64,000 bases of DNA, taken from NCBI GenBank assembly GCA_031835245.2, contig JAVKOQ020000073.1, forward strand, positions 124,001 to 188,000, given 5' to 3'. The notes beneath the pieces are model-generated. The model was not told where the DNA came from and made no database searches. It saw nothing but the letters and a program-made list of their open reading frames with translations. Positions within the stretch are counted from its first letter, which is position 1. The number at the start of each line of letters is the position of its first letter. Origin of the DNA: Balamuthia mandrillaris (lineage: Eukaryota). A program made the position numbers and the translations under genes. Positions 61,424 to 64,000 of the stretch are shown here, in pieces.

Positions 61424-62707
61424 CTTCTCTTTCCTCTCTTCCGCTCCTCTGTGTTCGTCGTTCACTCACCATGCCATTTTTTGTTCGCGGTAATCTTCAG
61501 AATCTCTGGGGTGGTGCTAGCCGCGTTTGCTCTCACGGAGCAGAAGTTGATCAACTACACCATCAAAAAGAAAAACCTCAGTGGCTGTTGTGCCATTGTG
61601 GTCATGCAGGTCCGTTCTGCTTGTTTCTTCTCTCACGCTCATGGCACTCACCCTTTTCTTTGTGGGTCAACAGGTGTACGATAGGATATTGGTAGCCAAT
61701 TTGGGCGACTCCAGAGTTGTGCAGGGACGCAAAGCGGAGAATCCGGGAGTGGGCAAAATGCGAGTACCTTTCCCGTTGACCTACAAGGCGGTCCCTCTGA
61801 GTGAAGACCAGAAGGCCTCTCACCCGGTGGAAAGAAGACGTATTAACAAACAAGGAGGTAAATCGTCGTTTATTACGCTGAAAGCTGAAACATTTCGTAT
61901 CCGAACATTAATATCTTATCTTTCTCTCTCTCTCTCTCTCTCTCTCTCCCTGGCAGGTTTTGTAAGTGGAGGAAGGGCTCTTGGTATGCTGGCTGTGGGT
62001 CGCTCTTTTGGAGATCGATTCATCAAGAATCCACCCAGTCCAGCTGGAACCAAGCGTAAAGAGTCTCCTGATGGTTCAACCAAAAACAACGAAACCACTA
62101 ATAATGCAGACAGCAACAACGAAAGTAAAAAGCAGAATCGTAGTCGCAGCAACTCCAATAAAATTGGAGGCGACGCAGAAGAGACGAATGGATCAAAGGA
62201 AGCGGCTGGAGAAGAGGAAGCTGGAAAGAAAGGAAGCAACAAGGAAGTGGCCACCAAAAAGAAATCAACGAAGAAGAAGTCGCAAGAGCCCGAAGCCGAA
62301 GAGGAAAAGGAGAACCCCAAAGTCGGAGCAGCGGCGAAGAAAAATGGCAAAACTGCTGGAGATGGTGCTGCAGCTGGTCCCAAGGAAGGAAACAACAAAG
62401 CCCCGAAGAAAAGCAACAATAACGTGGATAAGACCAATGCAGACAAGAAGGTCAAAAACGAGAAAGAAGATGAACCAGCAGGCACTAACAGCGAAGTAAC
62501 TGAGCCAGCAAAGAAGGAGACGAAGAAAGAGCAACGAGAGAGAGAAAGACGAGAAAAGTACGAGGCTCGAAGACAAAAAGAACGGGAAAAGAGAATTCAA
62601 CAACGGATAGCCATGTGGCGAAAGATGAAAGAGCAAGGAGGAGCCAACGCTGGCGAAGGTGCCGTTATCGCGGAACCCGAGCTCAGATGTATGTTTACTT
62701 TCTCTCT

Positions 62708-62744
<37 letters not shown>

Positions 62745-63489
62745 TGCTCTATTACCCTAGCTCTCTTGTTTCTCCTCCGCTCTCTCTCTCTCTCTCTCTC
62801 TCTCATCTCTTTCTTATGATATTTGTCTTTCAAAAGTCTTCAAGATAAAGCCTAAGGACCACTTCATCATCATCGCCAGCGACGGTTTCTGGGACGTATT
62901 CACTAACAAAAAGGCCGTGGACACGGTGGCCAAGCTCTTGAAGGAAGAAAAGGAGAAACTACTAAAGAAGAAAGAAGGAATAGAATCCCAAGATGCAGCC
63001 CAAGAAGACGGCGAACAATCTGAGAAGAAGCAACCTCAAGCAGAGCCATCTGAAACCAACACAAACAATGGTAAGAGTTCTCGTCACTCCAAAGCAAGTG
63101 AAGGCGACATCATCCTGTCGGCAGAAGAACGGTACCGAAAGGAGCGGCTGCGAAAGTACAGTTTTGCAGCAACGGACAGGGACTACCTCTTTGAAGACGA
63201 TCCTTCTCCTACGTTGCTCTCCGCACAGGAAGGTGATAAAGAAAACCTTACTAGCTCCAAAGAGATCGGTACTCGCACAATGCAGGAAGCAACCAATGGC
63301 TCTCCCAAAGAAACTGGTGGAGACTCGGATGGCGAAGAGGACGAAGAGGACGAGCCGTTTGTGCCCCCAAAGCAGTCTGATATTTTCTTGAATCGTGTCT
63401 GCCAAGTCCTATGCGAGAAAGCCAAAAACAAGGGAAGCCGTGATGACATCACCGTCATTCTCGTTCTCTTCGACGAGATCGGTCTGTAA
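60881..63489 (+). CDS. PP2C/PPM protein phosphatase with large charged insertions, multi-exon
   Basis: GERHKNEDR, FAVYDGHGG, VANLGDSRVV, LAVGRSFGD, IIASDGFWDV, GSRDDITVILV. Confidence 0.92.
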
Positions 63490-63668
63490 AACCCTCTGTT
63501 CTTCTCTCTCTCTCTCTCTCTCTCTCTCATATCTGTGTGATTGGAGAAGGCAGAACAGTAGGTACTTTTGTAAACTTCATTTTGCGTACACGTAACTTGT
63601 TTGTGTTATTTTTCAAATACAAGAACAAATAAATAATTAAAAAACAAAGAGTCAAGAAGAAGGCAACT

Positions 63669-64000
63669 CTACAGCAAAAAGGTTTCGTTATGAAAGTCCC
63701 ATCGTCGCTGGCGTGCGTGTCGTTCAGCATCTGCAACGAGGTTCTCCGGACCACAAGCAAACATCAGGGTGGACAATCCAAGATCGTCACCCTCGTGCAG
63801 CTCATCGATGTCAGACAGATTAGGCCGCCCAACAAAGACAGGACACCCACCAACGTCCTCTTCTGCGAAGGAGACAGACGTTACGCTCGAGTTCATGGAG
63901 ACGTTATCATGTCCGGTAAAGTGGCAGTAGAGGGCGAAGCGTTTGTCGTTAGCAGCAGCCTTGGCCATGGCGGGGTACAGCAAGTCCAGCAGCTTCCTAT
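63669..64000 (-). CDS. C-terminal NAD(P)H-binding end of a ferric reductase/NADPH oxidase family protein (partial)
   Basis: LYCHFTG...GRPNL...MFACGPENLV...FHNETFLL*, matching the GRP / CGP / FHxExF terminus of FRE/NOX proteins. Confidence 0.8.
   Translation of the reverse strand, partial: RKLLDLLYPAMAKAAANDKRFALYCHFTGHDNVSMNSSVTSVSFAEEDVGGCPVFVGRPNLSDIDELHEGDDLGLSTLMFACGPENLVADAERHARQRRWDFHNETFLL

Noticed and set aside
1..64000. Prokaryotic contig, prophage or transposon origin
   Set aside because: Pervasive spliceosomal introns and eukaryotic signalling genes; no transposase, reverse transcriptase, integrase or capsid motifs recognised.

Overview
Eukaryotic nuclear DNA that is gene-dense and intron-rich: GT-AG introns carry (CT)n/(CTT)n tracts and often end in A-rich ...aaacag acceptors, and intergenic gaps are short. 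Gene content and intron style suggest a free-living amoeba (Amoebozoa; this is inference). I reconstructed about 26 protein-coding genes by hand-splicing ORF fragments. No tRNA, rRNA, CRISPR array or transposase was recognised. Best candidates for new biology: (1) a PARG-fold domain whose catalytic QEE reads QEQ, spliced in frame to an intact TBC Rab-GAP domain, i.e. a possible ADP-ribose-reading Rab-GAP; (2) a bacterial-type YfbM/DUF1877 domain split by inserted WGR and SAP nucleic-acid-binding domains; (3) a secreted protein of about 40 YDGGDV(S/T/A) repeats; (4) tandem intronless A20-zinc-finger/F-box genes; (5) a frame break inside the PH domain of a CRIB-ankyrin-RhoGEF-SH3 gene; (6) an IPUT1-like GT8 enzyme. 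All domain calls come from motif recognition by eye, with no database searches. Coordinates of multi-exon genes are outer spans.
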